This document shows, one piece after another, positions 24,867 to 34,466 of a DNA stretch of 64,000 bases. A program made the translations under genes and the position numbers. The notes under the pieces were generated by a model. That model was not told where the DNA came from. It searched no databases and saw nothing but the letters and a program-made list of their open reading frames with translations. Within the stretch, counting starts at the first letter, position 1, and each line of letters begins with the position of its first letter. The stretch is taken from the NCBI GenBank assembly GCA_024655885.1, contig JANLFN010000003.1, positions 158,792-222,791 of the forward strand, written 5' to 3'. The stretch is from Eubacteriales bacterium (GTDB lineage: Bacteria; Bacillota; Clostridia; Acetivibrionales; JANLFN01).

Positions 24867-25853
24867 AGCCTGGTCCCCCCATCCCAGCGCCCTGTCCTGC
24901 TCCTCTATGTATCCTTCCAGAACATCCAGGGAAGGCGCCAGCAGTTCATAGACCAGGTACTCCGGCCTTACCCTGTCCATGACCCTCCGGATGGAGGAGT
25001 GGGTGAAAGGAGTGTGCCTGTCGATCTTTGAGATGTGGTGGTAAAGCTCTTCATCCCATATGGTGACCCTGTCCCTGCACCCGCTGCCGTTATTGGCGAT
25101 GCGCACCGCGTCCTTGACGTACTGCCCCGAAAGGCAGCTGTTCAAGTGCACGCCCTTGATATAGGCGGCCACTTCGCCCAGTTCGTCCAGCCGGTCCAGG
25201 ATATATTGGGAAGCCTCCTCCTCGGTGCTGAGCTCCGTGTTGGTGTTCATCATATGGCTGATGTCCAGCACAAAGCCCTTGCGGGGGTACCGGACGCCCT
25301 CCAGGAGCCTTAAGGGGACCTCCCTGTCCAGGAGGGTGAGCCCGGGCCACCACTGGTTTTCAAACAGCATGTCGAAGTCGGCCTCAAAGCCCTCCAGTGC
25401 CCCGTTTAAAAGCTCCAGGAAGGCCTCCACCACCTCCCCGTGGCTGCAGGGGAACCGGTAGGTATAGCTTTCTGCAGGCCGCACATGGCTGACATGGAAC
25501 ACCACATACTTCACTCCCATTTGCAGCGCCGTCTTAAGCTCCTCCCGGTAGTATTCCACCAGCGCCTCCGGCCTTTCCCCGCCGTAATACTGGCGGCAGG
25601 TGGAAATCTTGCCGAACTGCCTTTCCAGCTGCGGCAAATCCATCCTCCAGAAATCCAGCCAGGTGGGCCAGAACCGCATGTGAAGCCCGCCGATCAGCCT
25701 GGGAGGCACCAGGGAGGGTTTCCAGGGGTCGTACTGTATGAGCTCCAGGCCGTCCAGCCTGTGCCTTTTAAGAAATGCTTCCAGTTCTACGGGGTTGTTG
25801 TTGAAATTCTTCAGATATCCGGAATAGGTTGCCAGATTCAACAGCTTCAACAA
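24858..25853 (-). CDS. Sugar-phosphate isomerase/epimerase-like (xylose-isomerase-type TIM barrel) protein.
   Basis: 331 aa. TTG start with an AAGGAG SD. The overall pattern (GLELIQYD..., VKYVVFHVSH, GFVLDISHMM, IKGVHLN) is typical of AP-endonuclease-2/TIM-barrel family proteins. The family assignment rests on motif recognition only. Confidence 0.55.
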   Translation of the reverse strand: MLKLLNLATYSGYLKNFNNNPVELEAFLKRHRLDGLELIQYDPWKPSLVPPRLIGGLHMRFWPTWLDFWRMDLPQLERQFGKISTCRQYYGGERPEALVEYYREELKTALQMGVKYVVFHVSHVRPAESYTYRFPCSHGEVVEAFLELLNGALEGFEADFDMLFENQWWPGLTLLDREVPLRLLEGVRYPRKGFVLDISHMMNTNTELSTEEEASQYILDRLDELGEVAAYIKGVHLNSCLSGQYVKDAVRIANNGSGCRDRVTIWDEELYHHISKIDRHTPFTHSSIRRVMDRVRPEYLVYELLAPSLDVLEGYIEEQDRALGWGDQAPL

Positions 25854-25931
25854 ATTTTACCACTCCTTTATGCCAATATTATTCTATGCCGGAAGCACCG
25901 TATAAGTCAACCTATTTTTCTGCCCCGGGGT

Positions 25932-27548
25932 TTATTTGTTCAAAGCCTCCTTCAGCCGGACGATGCACCAGGAGCACTGGGCCCGGGTGGCCGGCTTTTT
26001 CGCATCAAACTCCGGGTACACCAGGCCGTGGTTTTTGGCCGCCTTGATATAGCCCTCCGGCCAGTCGCCCTCGTCCTGTGTCAGGCTTTTGGCCTCCTCC
26101 TCCAGCCCCGCGGCCCTCACCAGCATGGCCATGAGCTGTTCGCCGGTAATGCTTTCTCCGGGGGAGAAGAAGCCGTCACCGGTGCCGCCCACGTACCCTT
26201 TATCGGCGCACAGTCCTATCACTCCGTCCGCCCAGTGGTCCGGCGCCACATCCCCGAACTTGTCCGAGCCCTTCAGCGCCTTGATTTCCCCCTTCAGGCC
26301 CATGCCGTAGACCAGATACTTGGCGAACTCCGCCCGGGTCACCGGCTGTCCGGGGCCGAAGGTCCCGTCCGGCCTGCCCGACAGCACATAGTCGTATACC
26401 AGCTCCATGGTCTCGTCAAAGCCGAACTGCCCCGGCTTGTAGTCGCTGAAAAGCCTCTGCTGGGCCTGGGGCTTGTATTTCTCGTGCAGCAGGTCGTAGG
26501 CCGCCTTCCCGTTATAGGCGTCCGCCAGGCCGTACAGGCACTCGTAAGTGGACATGGCGTTGTCGTACACAGAGAGGTTGTCCTCCTCCTCCTTCAGCAC
26601 ATGGGCAAAGCTGCCGTTGGGAAGCTGGAATGTGAGCAGCGCGCTCACCGGGTTCCCCCCCGAGGGCTTGGTCCATTCCGGCCCCATGGGATCCTGGCCC
26701 ATAAGGGTCAAAGCCTGGATGACCCAGGCGCAGCTCTCGGGGTTTTCGGTGCCCCAGGATGCGAAGCCCCCGCTGTCGTTCTGCCTGCTTTTGAGAAATT
26801 GGAGAGCCTTTGCCACCGCCGGGTTTGTCTCGTCCTCCCCCAGGATGGCGAAAGCCATAAGGGCGGCCGCCGTCATGTCCACATCCGACTGGATGAGGTC
26901 ATAATCCTTGGGATCGTCAAAATATACCACGTCGAATGTAAAGCCCCCGTCCTTGTGCTGCTGCTTTTCCAGCCACTCCAGGCACTTGTCCCTGTTGGGA
27001 ATGGGCTCTCCCGCACAGTGCAGGGCAATGATGCCGAAGATGTGGGCATTGACCAGGCTGTCGCCCACAGGCCTGCCGGTCTCGTCATCCGCCACCGAAT
27101 CTGCGAAATGGCCGTTTTCCAGCATGGTGCCCTTCTCGATTTCCACCAGGTTCAGTCCCCCGAAATTCCTGGGGTCTTTTCCCGCCGCACACACTCCGAT
27201 GATGGTCCGCTGGAAATCGGTATTCGCCACCTTGTTCAGCCCGATCCCTTTCCTGACCTCCTGCTCCCTCCAGTAGGCCCCGTTTTTCCCGTCCGAAGTG
27301 GTCCATTCGGCTCCGCTGACGTCCTCACCGAAGCCGAACAGCCCCAGGGCCGGCCAGTCAAGCACACCGTTGAACTGCTCCCGGCTGAAGGTGTCGTGAT
27401 AATAGGCGATGGTCTTCTGGGCGGCCTTCAGCACGTCCTCCCGGGTAACCGGGGATTGGGCGGCCTGGGCCTGGCCCGCCCAAAGGCTGAAAGCCACAGA
27501 CAGGCACAACAAAAAAGCTGTTGATTTTGTGAACCATTTTTTTCTCAT
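25932..27548 (-). CDS. Secreted SLH-anchored terpene-cyclase/prenyltransferase-like toroid protein.
   Basis: ATG 27548 has an AAGGAGA SD (track start is GTG 27557). Signal peptide ending AQA|AQ. Toroid repeats QQHKDGGFTF and RQNDSGGFASWG. Three SLH repeats (VTRAEFAKYLVYGMG, ITGEQLMAMLVRAAG, ATRAQCSWCIVRL). Confidence 0.8.
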   Translation of the reverse strand: MRKKWFTKSTAFLLCLSVAFSLWAGQAQAAQSPVTREDVLKAAQKTIAYYHDTFSREQFNGVLDWPALGLFGFGEDVSGAEWTTSDGKNGAYWREQEVRKGIGLNKVANTDFQRTIIGVCAAGKDPRNFGGLNLVEIEKGTMLENGHFADSVADDETGRPVGDSLVNAHIFGIIALHCAGEPIPNRDKCLEWLEKQQHKDGGFTFDVVYFDDPKDYDLIQSDVDMTAAALMAFAILGEDETNPAVAKALQFLKSRQNDSGGFASWGTENPESCAWVIQALTLMGQDPMGPEWTKPSGGNPVSALLTFQLPNGSFAHVLKEEEDNLSVYDNAMSTYECLYGLADAYNGKAAYDLLHEKYKPQAQQRLFSDYKPGQFGFDETMELVYDYVLSGRPDGTFGPGQPVTRAEFAKYLVYGMGLKGEIKALKGSDKFGDVAPDHWADGVIGLCADKGYVGGTGDGFFSPGESITGEQLMAMLVRAAGLEEEAKSLTQDEGDWPEGYIKAAKNHGLVYPEFDAKKPATRAQCSWCIVRLKEALNK

Positions 27549-27600
27549 ACCGGACACTCTCCTTATCCTTGTGTTTAGCGCGTTATTTCCCGCAGCGGCT

Positions 27601-27653
27601 AAAAAGCACTGCCCAATAAAGGGCAGTGCTTCCGTTGTTCGGTCAGCGCCGTT
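27601..27653 (-). terminator. B-type module B2: conserved box plus a 10-bp hairpin plus U5, 52 nt upstream of the SLH/toroid gene and 58 nt downstream of the transposase gene.
   Basis: Minus strand AACGGCGCTGACCGAACAACGGAAGCACTGCCC-tttatt-GGGCAGTGCT-TTTTT. Confidence 0.7.
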
Positions 27654-27711
27654 GGTGGTCTGCTGTCTATAAAATTTTGCAAGGCTATCCTGAACAATTT
27701 TACCTTAAAAT

Positions 27712-28542
27712 TCAACCGATATCAATAGGCAGACGAGGGGACAGTTCTTTTGTCCGGGCCTCTCTTAAAATCTTGTGCACCCTGTCCTTGTTCAGCCCCG
27801 TAATGGCCGCAATGCGTCGGAGGGACAGGTTGGTCCTCTGCCTGAACTCCCTGATGACGTCCTCCTGCGGCTTTCCTTTAAAGCTGTCTCCGCCTTCCGC
27901 ATTTTGTCCGGCTAAAAGCCTTTTAAACAGCCGTCTGGCTTCCTCCTCGTCCATAACTTCCTTCTTTTGGGTCAAATCCATAAATTCTTCGCTGCCCTCT
28001 TCATTGATATAATTTTCATACAGTTTCTTCGCCTTTTCCCTGTCCTCTGAAAACATGTCCAGTATAAATTCCCGGTCCACAGCCCTGTTGAAATCATGGT
28101 TTTCATCCATGTAGCAGAGATAACTGCTCCACTTATACTCTGCCGCCGTTTTTACCAGGCCCGCCTTCACGGGATTGCGGTGTATATACCTCACCAGTGC
28201 CAGGGCATAGCCGTCATCCTCCACAGCCTCGCTCAAAAACCTGTCCTGGAACAAATGTCCCGTTCTTTTATACTTTTTGTTGAAATAATGGACATAGCTT
28301 ATTCCAATGCACTTCATTGCCCTGGCTATGTCCTCGGTGCCTTCCCGCAGCATCAAGTGGACATGGTTGCTCATGAGGCAGAAGGCGTTCAGAAAAAACC
28401 GGTTTCCCTGCTTCTTCTCAAAAACAGTTTCGAGAAAGCGCTGTCTGTCTTCCTCACTCAAAAAAATGTCCCTGCACTCATTTCCTCGCAGCATAATATG
28501 GTAAAAGCCGCTTTTACTTTTTATTCTTTCATGCCGTGGCAT
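27712..28542 (-). CDS. IS200-like / REP-associated tyrosine (Y1, HUH) transposase homologue with a C-terminal HTH.
   Basis: FYHIMLRGN..., HUH motif SNHVHLML, catalytic-Tyr motif VRYIHRNPVKAGL, and a C-terminal HTH-like LSLRRIAAITGLNKDRVHKIL. Confidence 0.8.
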   Translation of the reverse strand: MPRHERIKSKSGFYHIMLRGNECRDIFLSEEDRQRFLETVFEKKQGNRFFLNAFCLMSNHVHLMLREGTEDIARAMKCIGISYVHYFNKKYKRTGHLFQDRFLSEAVEDDGYALALVRYIHRNPVKAGLVKTAAEYKWSSYLCYMDENHDFNRAVDREFILDMFSEDREKAKKLYENYINEEGSEEFMDLTQKKEVMDEEEARRLFKRLLAGQNAEGGDSFKGKPQEDVIREFRQRTNLSLRRIAAITGLNKDRVHKILREARTKELSPRLPIDIG

Positions 28543-28567
28543 TATCCATCACCCAAGGTCTATTATA

Positions 28568-31126
28568 TTATCGGTACCATTTATTGTCAAGACAAGAGAA
28601 CCGTCCCCTTGTCTTTCTCACCCAGATATCCGCTATGAACAGCAGCAGCGCCAGAGGAAGCAGGATGAAATCCGGGTCCTGTCCGCTGCTGTTCTTCCTG
28701 TTTAAAGGAAGGCTGAATATGTTCGTATCCCGGTTTGCAATGCCGCCCTTCGCCAGGGAATAATAGGCATCCATGCTGCCGGCGTAAAGAGCGTACTCGG
28801 GAGAATAGTCGATGTGGATGACCCTTGTGGCGCTCTTCACCATCTGCCCGTCCTTTTTTACCCGGAGGGTCAATAAATACTCCCCGGTTTTGTCCAGGCT
28901 TGCGGTGCCTTCAAATTCTCCCGTCCTTACCTGCTCCAGCCGGACCCGGGAGGTCCCGCCTTCCTGGTCCCGTATTTCGGCCTCCGCCGCCTGGCCCTGG
29001 CCGGACAGCCCCGTCCCGGCAGACAGGGTCACATTATATCCGTTCTGCACGACGCGGAGGTCCATGTCTTCCGCCGTGCCCGGGGACAGGCAGGAGTTCA
29101 CCAGCTTTCCCCACTCCCTGGGGAAGCCGTCCCACCCGACCCAGTCCCTGCTCCATTTTCCGCTCAAATCCGGGGTCCACACCGCCACCCTGCCCAGGCC
29201 GTAGGACCATTGGGCGAGGATGGGGTCGTCGCTGTTGCTCTTTAAAATGAGGTCCGCCCCGTCCTTGATGCCGGTGCCGGTGTAGCCCTGCAGCTTAGGG
29301 AGGGCTACATTTTTGAAGAGCTCGCTCTCATCCGCCTTCTGTGGGGTGAACTCCTCGCTGTTCAGGTATTTTTTTGTGCCCAGGTAGGTCTCCTTGGTGA
29401 ATATTTCAGGCACCTCATACAGATCCCGGGCATAATAGCTCCTGCCCCCCGCCGCTTTTGCCAGGCTTTCCAGCAGCGTCCTGTCCGCGTCCTTCCCCAC
29501 GGCCACGGTGGACAGGGTGATGTTCGATTTTTTCAAAGTGTCGGTGATGCCCTCATAGCCGCTTTTTTCGGCCTGCCCGTCGGTGAGCAGGATGATGTGC
29601 TTTACCTTGGCATCCGCTCCCTCCAGGGCTTCTGCCGCTTTTTCCAGTGCGGGCAGGATGAGGGTGCCCCCCCTGGGGGCCAGCTTCCCGATGTCCTCCT
29701 GTATTTGCTCCTTACGGCGGACCTGTCCGAAGGGCACCACCCACTCCACCACGTCCGAAAACCCGATGATCCCCAGGAAATCCTCCTGTTCAAGCACCTG
29801 GGAGGACTTTACCGCCGCCCCCTTGACCAGGTCCATCTTTTTTACCCCCCCGCTGGTGTCGTCCATGCTGCCCGAGCAGTCCAGGACCAGCACCAGGCCG
29901 GTGTCGGGCTGCTGCTTTTTTCCCTTCATGGAGCAGGCCACCGGCAGCATTTCCTCCAGCCGGGTGTTTTCATACCCCCCGGGAGCAAAGGTGTTCTCCC
30001 CGCCCACCACAATGAGGCCGGTGCCCTTCTCCTTCACGCACATTTCCAGGCCGTTCTCGAATTCCGGGGACAGGTCCCCGTGGGCCGCATTGGCCAGGAT
30101 GACCTCGCTGAAGGAGGACAAAAAGCCGATGCCGCCCGGCACCTGGTCCGGCGCATAGTTTGTGCGCTTTAAGCCCAGGCTGTCCAGCAGGGCATTGATG
30201 TTGGCCGTATCCTTTTGGGCCCCCACCACCAGGACCGAAGGCGTGTCCTTTACATGCGGAGTTAGGGTAAATACGTTGTTTTTGGGGTTGGAATCCTCCT
30301 GGGAAACGATTTCCCCCTTAAAGGACGCCTGGAGGTCATGGCTTAGGGTGACGTCGAAATCGTAGGTGTTCCGGCCCTCCCGGATTTCCAGCTGCTTTTG
30401 GAGCACCGGGGTGGTGCCGTTATAGAGGTAAAAGGCGGCGGCGGTGTTTTTGTCCGAGTCCACGGCCACTTTAAGGGGCACCTTTTCTCCCCTGTGGATG
30501 CTGTCGGGCAGCTGCATGGAGGTAAGCTGCACATCCCCGCCCCGGGAGGCTTTCAAAGGGAACAGCACCGTATTGATGCCGCTTTCCTCCAGGCTGTCCA
30601 GCGCTTTGGCCGCATTGCCGCTGTTCTCCAGCCCGTCGGTGAACACCACCAGCCTTTTGTTGTCATTCCTGGGAAACAGGTCCCTGCAGTATTGAAGGGC
30701 TTTCTCAAGGTTGGTGGCCTCCGGGTCGGGCTGGGCTTCCAGCTTGACTTCCTGCCTCTCCTTCGAAAGGGGGACCTCGGTCATGGGCTCCCCCGCAAAG
30801 GACACCACACCCGCCACATCCCCGGCTTTTTTATTGTTCTTGATCTGGCGGCTGATGTACTCCTCCACTTCTCCCTTCAGCTGCGAAACGCTGAGAGAGC
30901 GGTCTACAAGGAACAGGGTGGCGGTCTCCCTGGCGGTGAAGACGGGCTTCACCCCCGCCAGGACCAGCATGAGGCACAGCAGGGCGGAAAACCTTAAAGC
31001 GGCCCACAGGATAAACTTCTTGCGGGGAAACGCCTTGTACAGCTTAAGGGCGCACAGGATAAAATATCCGGCGGCCGCCGCGCACACCGCTGCCGCAGCC
31101 ACTCCAACCGGGGTATTAAAGCTCAT
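28568..31126 (-). CDS. Membrane-anchored protein with two von Willebrand factor A (vWA) domains (BatB-like).
   Basis: N-terminal TM helices. MIDAS motifs FLVDRSLSVS and LVLDCSGSMDD. C-terminal TM helix. 11-nt overlap with the upstream gene. Confidence 0.8.
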   Translation of the reverse strand: MSFNTPVGVAAAAVCAAAAGYFILCALKLYKAFPRKKFILWAALRFSALLCLMLVLAGVKPVFTARETATLFLVDRSLSVSQLKGEVEEYISRQIKNNKKAGDVAGVVSFAGEPMTEVPLSKERQEVKLEAQPDPEATNLEKALQYCRDLFPRNDNKRLVVFTDGLENSGNAAKALDSLEESGINTVLFPLKASRGGDVQLTSMQLPDSIHRGEKVPLKVAVDSDKNTAAAFYLYNGTTPVLQKQLEIREGRNTYDFDVTLSHDLQASFKGEIVSQEDSNPKNNVFTLTPHVKDTPSVLVVGAQKDTANINALLDSLGLKRTNYAPDQVPGGIGFLSSFSEVILANAAHGDLSPEFENGLEMCVKEKGTGLIVVGGENTFAPGGYENTRLEEMLPVACSMKGKKQQPDTGLVLVLDCSGSMDDTSGGVKKMDLVKGAAVKSSQVLEQEDFLGIIGFSDVVEWVVPFGQVRRKEQIQEDIGKLAPRGGTLILPALEKAAEALEGADAKVKHIILLTDGQAEKSGYEGITDTLKKSNITLSTVAVGKDADRTLLESLAKAAGGRSYYARDLYEVPEIFTKETYLGTKKYLNSEEFTPQKADESELFKNVALPKLQGYTGTGIKDGADLILKSNSDDPILAQWSYGLGRVAVWTPDLSGKWSRDWVGWDGFPREWGKLVNSCLSPGTAEDMDLRVVQNGYNVTLSAGTGLSGQGQAAEAEIRDQEGGTSRVRLEQVRTGEFEGTASLDKTGEYLLTLRVKKDGQMVKSATRVIHIDYSPEYALYAGSMDAYYSLAKGGIANRDTNIFSLPLNRKNSSGQDPDFILLPLALLLFIADIWVRKTRGRFSCLDNKWYR
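28591..28613. repeat. Truncated A-type repeat A3.
   Basis: GACAAGAGAACCGTCCCCTTGTC matches the outer 6 nt of the left arm plus the right arm (GAACCGTCCCCTTGTC) of A1/A2. It lies inside the last codons of the 852-aa vWA gene and 49 nt upstream of the transposase start. Confidence 0.6.
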
Positions 31127-32654
31127 GTCGGTACACCTCCGGTTCCGCCGCCATCAGAAGCAGCACGGCCATAAGGAGCAGCGGCTTGAGATCATGCATG
31201 AGCGGCAACGCCGCGGCGGCCGCCTCCCCGTCCTTCCCTTCCTCCCCCGTCACAAATCCGGACGGGGGATTGGAGGGCAGGGTTTTTTCCCTGTCCTCTG
31301 ACAGCCAGCTTACGGTGCGGCGGACCAGGATGGGAAAGGCGGGAAGCATGACCAGGTTTGTCCGTGAAAGGTCCAGGGAGGAGTACACCATTCTCCTTCC
31401 CTCCTCCACCCCGGAGGTCATGACGGGTTTGCCCCCCGCCAGCAGGATGCTCCCGTAGCCCTCCCCCTGTTTTAAATAATCCCCGCCCGCCGCATAGGCC
31501 CCCGTGAGGGAAAGGCCGACGGTCAAAGCTTCGCCGCCCTGCTCCAGTGCCGCATTCTGCTCCAATTTGCCCGCCTTCATTTCCTCTCCGGGGAAGAGAT
31601 TCCATAGGCTGCAGGCGGGCAACGCTTGAGGAGCTTCCAGCTTCCGGGCCACAATGCAGAGATCGTATCCGTTCTGCATGTCCTCCGGGTTCCCGGAAGA
31701 CTCCAGCTTTATGCCGGGAATGGATTCCAGGGCCTTTTGCAGGAAGGGACTGTCCCCCAGCAGCAGCACCCGGGTCTTGTACTCCTCTCCCAGGGGCACC
31801 ACAAAGGAGTTGTCCTCCTCCAGCATGTCCTCTCCGGTGATTTTTACCGTCACCGGTCCCGGATCCCCCTGCAGTTTAAAGCTGACATAGCCCTCTTCAC
31901 TGGAGGGGAGGGTGATGCCCTCCAAGGCCTTCTTTCCTTGGCTGTCCACCGCTTCCACCCCGATATTCCTGGCGGCGGCCGAATAATTCTTCACCCTGCA
32001 CTGGAGACTCCCCGAGTAGTAGTCGTACTTTGCACCGGTAATGCCTGCGTTGTCCAGCCGGCCGCCCACCTTCACCTCTCTTGCCCCCAGGGACAGGTCT
32101 TTATCGGTGAACACCGCCTTTTCCCCGCTGTATGCCGACAGCAGCCTCCCGGCCCTTTCCACGTCCAGGCTTTCATTGGAGCAGGCCATCTCTTTAAGAG
32201 CCCGGACGGCCCCGCTTTTGTCGGCATCCGCCAGGTACTCGCCGCACTGGCTCTTCAGCACAAGCAGAGTAATGCGCGTGCGGTCGGGCAGGGTCTGCAC
32301 ATACTCCATCGCCTTTTCCCTGGCCTCCTCAAACCGGGTCTTCCCGTTTTCCCGGGCCTTCATGGAGATGGAGCAGTCCAGGGCCACCACCGCCCTTTCG
32401 CCTTGAAACCCCTCCACCCATATGGGTCTTGCCGCGGAGAGCACGATGAAAACGCCGATGAGGAGCTGAAGGACCAGAAGAAGGCTATTGCGGATTTTTC
32501 CCACCCTGAGCCCTTCCGTTTCCCTGACCACCTCCTCCCACAGCTCAAGCCAGGAAACCCTGTATTCCACCACCTGCTTTTTTTTGAAATAGAGCAGCAG
32601 GATGGCGGGCAAAAGCAGGGCCGTCAAAAAACCCAGGGGCTGCAAAAATTTCAT
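31116..32654 (-). CDS. BatA-like protein (aerotolerance-regulator N-terminal domain plus vWA).
   Basis: The start is placed at ATG 32654 (MKFLQPLGFLTALLLPAILLLYFKKKQ, a typical BatA N-terminus), forming an ATGA overlap with the DUF58 stop. MIDAS motif VVALDCSISM. C-terminal TM helix. Confidence 0.75.
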   Translation of the reverse strand: MKFLQPLGFLTALLLPAILLLYFKKKQVVEYRVSWLELWEEVVRETEGLRVGKIRNSLLLVLQLLIGVFIVLSAARPIWVEGFQGERAVVALDCSISMKARENGKTRFEEAREKAMEYVQTLPDRTRITLLVLKSQCGEYLADADKSGAVRALKEMACSNESLDVERAGRLLSAYSGEKAVFTDKDLSLGAREVKVGGRLDNAGITGAKYDYYSGSLQCRVKNYSAAARNIGVEAVDSQGKKALEGITLPSSEEGYVSFKLQGDPGPVTVKITGEDMLEEDNSFVVPLGEEYKTRVLLLGDSPFLQKALESIPGIKLESSGNPEDMQNGYDLCIVARKLEAPQALPACSLWNLFPGEEMKAGKLEQNAALEQGGEALTVGLSLTGAYAAGGDYLKQGEGYGSILLAGGKPVMTSGVEEGRRMVYSSLDLSRTNLVMLPAFPILVRRTVSWLSEDREKTLPSNPPSGFVTGEEGKDGEAAAAALPLMHDLKPLLLMAVLLLMAAEPEVYRHEL

Positions 32655-33493
32655 CCGCACACCCCCAAAGCCCTCTGCAGGATTTTCAAGGGGGCTTCCT
32701 CCGCGGCGGCGGGCACATAAAAAGCCCCCAACCGGGTGCACAGGTCTTTAAGGCCTTGAATGAAGGCCCCCACCTTTTGCGCGTATTTTTGCTTCATGGG
32801 CCCGGTGAAATGAATCCTGCGGACCGCACCCGTCTCCATATCCACCAGCTTCAGCTCCTCCCCGCAGTCGGGGTTCTTTTCGGCGGAGGCCAGCACGTGG
32901 ATGAGCACCGTTTCTTTGCCTTCCAGGCATAAAGAATTCACCAGGCTTTCCCTCTGCCCGCTGAAAAAATCCGAGACCACAAAGGTCATGTCCGCGCTCC
33001 GGTCCTCCAGCTCCCCAATTCTCTCAAAAGAGGTGATGCCGTGGGGGATAAGCCGGGACACCCTGTCCGCCAGCTCATAGAAGCATTCCCTTCCCTCGGC
33101 GCCCCTCAGGAGGAATTCCAGCCTGTCGTTTACCGTAAGGAAGCTCAAACGGTCTCCCTGTTTGAGGGTAATGTAGCTCAGTCCTGCGGCCACAAGCCGG
33201 GCCGTCTTCCATTTGCCTGGTCCGCCGAAGCCCATGGAGGCGCTGGCGTCCAGCAGCACCCTCACGTGCATCCGCCTTTCCTCCGAAAACTCTTTTATGT
33301 AGAGATTGTCGGTCCTGGCATAGGCCATCCAGTCGATTTTTCTTATATCCTCCCCCGGGGCATAGGGGGTGTGCCCGTAAAAATCCATGGAAGCACCCCT
33401 CCCATACCCCTTGTGAACTCCCGGGCCGCCTTTCAGTATGGTCTTTTGGGGTGTGATTCTCATGTTTTCTATTTGCTGGAGAAATTTTTCCAC
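32651..33493 (-). CDS. DUF58 family protein (vWA-like, the usual MoxR partner).
   Basis: GEDIRKIDWMAYARTDNLYIKEFSEERRMHVRVLLDASASMGFG is the characteristic DUF58 core. Confidence 0.85.
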   Translation of the reverse strand: MEKFLQQIENMRITPQKTILKGGPGVHKGYGRGASMDFYGHTPYAPGEDIRKIDWMAYARTDNLYIKEFSEERRMHVRVLLDASASMGFGGPGKWKTARLVAAGLSYITLKQGDRLSFLTVNDRLEFLLRGAEGRECFYELADRVSRLIPHGITSFERIGELEDRSADMTFVVSDFFSGQRESLVNSLCLEGKETVLIHVLASAEKNPDCGEELKLVDMETGAVRRIHFTGPMKQKYAQKVGAFIQGLKDLCTRLGAFYVPAAAEEAPLKILQRALGVCG

Positions 33494-33494
33494 C

Positions 33495-34466
33495 CTATTT
33501 CACCTTCTTCAGTACTTCCTCTAAAATCATGTCCGGGTCCACTTTTTCCGCCTGGGCCTTAAAATTCAGGAAAATACGGTGCCGCAGCGCCGGACGGGCC
33601 ATGGAGGCGATATCCTCGAAAGCCACATTGAACCGGCCTTCGGACAGGGCCCGCACCTTGGCGCCCAGGATGACCGACTGCACTCCCCGGGGGCTGGCCC
33701 CGCAGGCCACATACTCCCTTACCGCCGGCACCGAGGTCCTGTCGGGATGGGTTTCCAGCATGAGGGCCACCGCCTTTTTCTTCACATTGGCCGCCACGGG
33801 TACCTGCGCCGCGTGCCTCTGGGCCGCCAGGATCTCCTCCCTGGAGGCCCGCTTCTCCGCCTCCCGCCCCTCCCTTCCGCTCACCGTAAGGTCCAGGATC
33901 CTGTAGATGTCCTCCTCCCGGGGCAGCCCGATTTTGAGCTTGAACAGGAACCTGTCCAGCTGTGCCTCGGGAAGGCGGTAAGTGCCCTCCATTTCCAGAG
34001 GATTCTGTGTGGCCAGCACAAAAAACGGCCTGGGCAGGGGATAGGTTTTTTTCCCCACGGTCACCGTCTTCTCCTGCATGGCCTCCAGCATGGCGCTCTG
34101 GGTTTTGGGAGTGGCCCGGTTGATCTCGTCCGCAAGGATGAGGGAGCTGAAAATGGGACCCTCCTGGAAATCAAAGGCCAGCCCGCTTTCGGTCTTGTTG
34201 ACGATATAGGTGCCCGTGATGTCCACGGGCATCAGGTCGGGCGTGAACTGGATCCTGGAAAAGGGCAGGTCCAGCACCCTGGCAAAGGTCTTGACCAGCA
34301 CCGTCTTGCCCAGGCCGGGAGCGCCCTCCATCAGGACGCTCCCGCCGGCCAGGATTGCCGTCAGCACCTCCCGCACCACCTCCTCCTGGCCCACCACCTG
34401 TTTTTGGACCTCTCCCAGCACAGCCTCATAAAAATTCCTGAAATTTCCTAATTCCAAATCCTCCAT
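33495..34466 (-). CDS. MoxR-family AAA+ ATPase.
   Basis: Walker A GAPGLGKT, RIQFTPDLMPVDITGT, Walker B/sensor LILADEINRATPKTQSAMLEAMQE, ATQNPLEMEGTYRLPEAQLDRF. Confidence 0.9.
   Translation of the reverse strand: MEDLELGNFRNFYEAVLGEVQKQVVGQEEVVREVLTAILAGGSVLMEGAPGLGKTVLVKTFARVLDLPFSRIQFTPDLMPVDITGTYIVNKTESGLAFDFQEGPIFSSLILADEINRATPKTQSAMLEAMQEKTVTVGKKTYPLPRPFFVLATQNPLEMEGTYRLPEAQLDRFLFKLKIGLPREEDIYRILDLTVSGREGREAEKRASREEILAAQRHAAQVPVAANVKKKAVALMLETHPDRTSVPAVREYVACGASPRGVQSVILGAKVRALSEGRFNVAFEDIASMARPALRHRIFLNFKAQAEKVDPDMILEEVLKKVK

Larger units (their letters stand above)
27601..28613 (-). mobile_element. Candidate IS200/IS605-like or RAYT unit: a Y1 transposase gene bracketed by a truncated A-type hairpin (28591-28613) and a B-type hairpin (27601-27653).
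   Basis: A gene with HUH and Tyr motifs is flanked on both sides by members of the two hairpin-repeat families that also occur as solo copies elsewhere in the window. The boundaries are inferred, not demonstrated. Confidence 0.35.
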
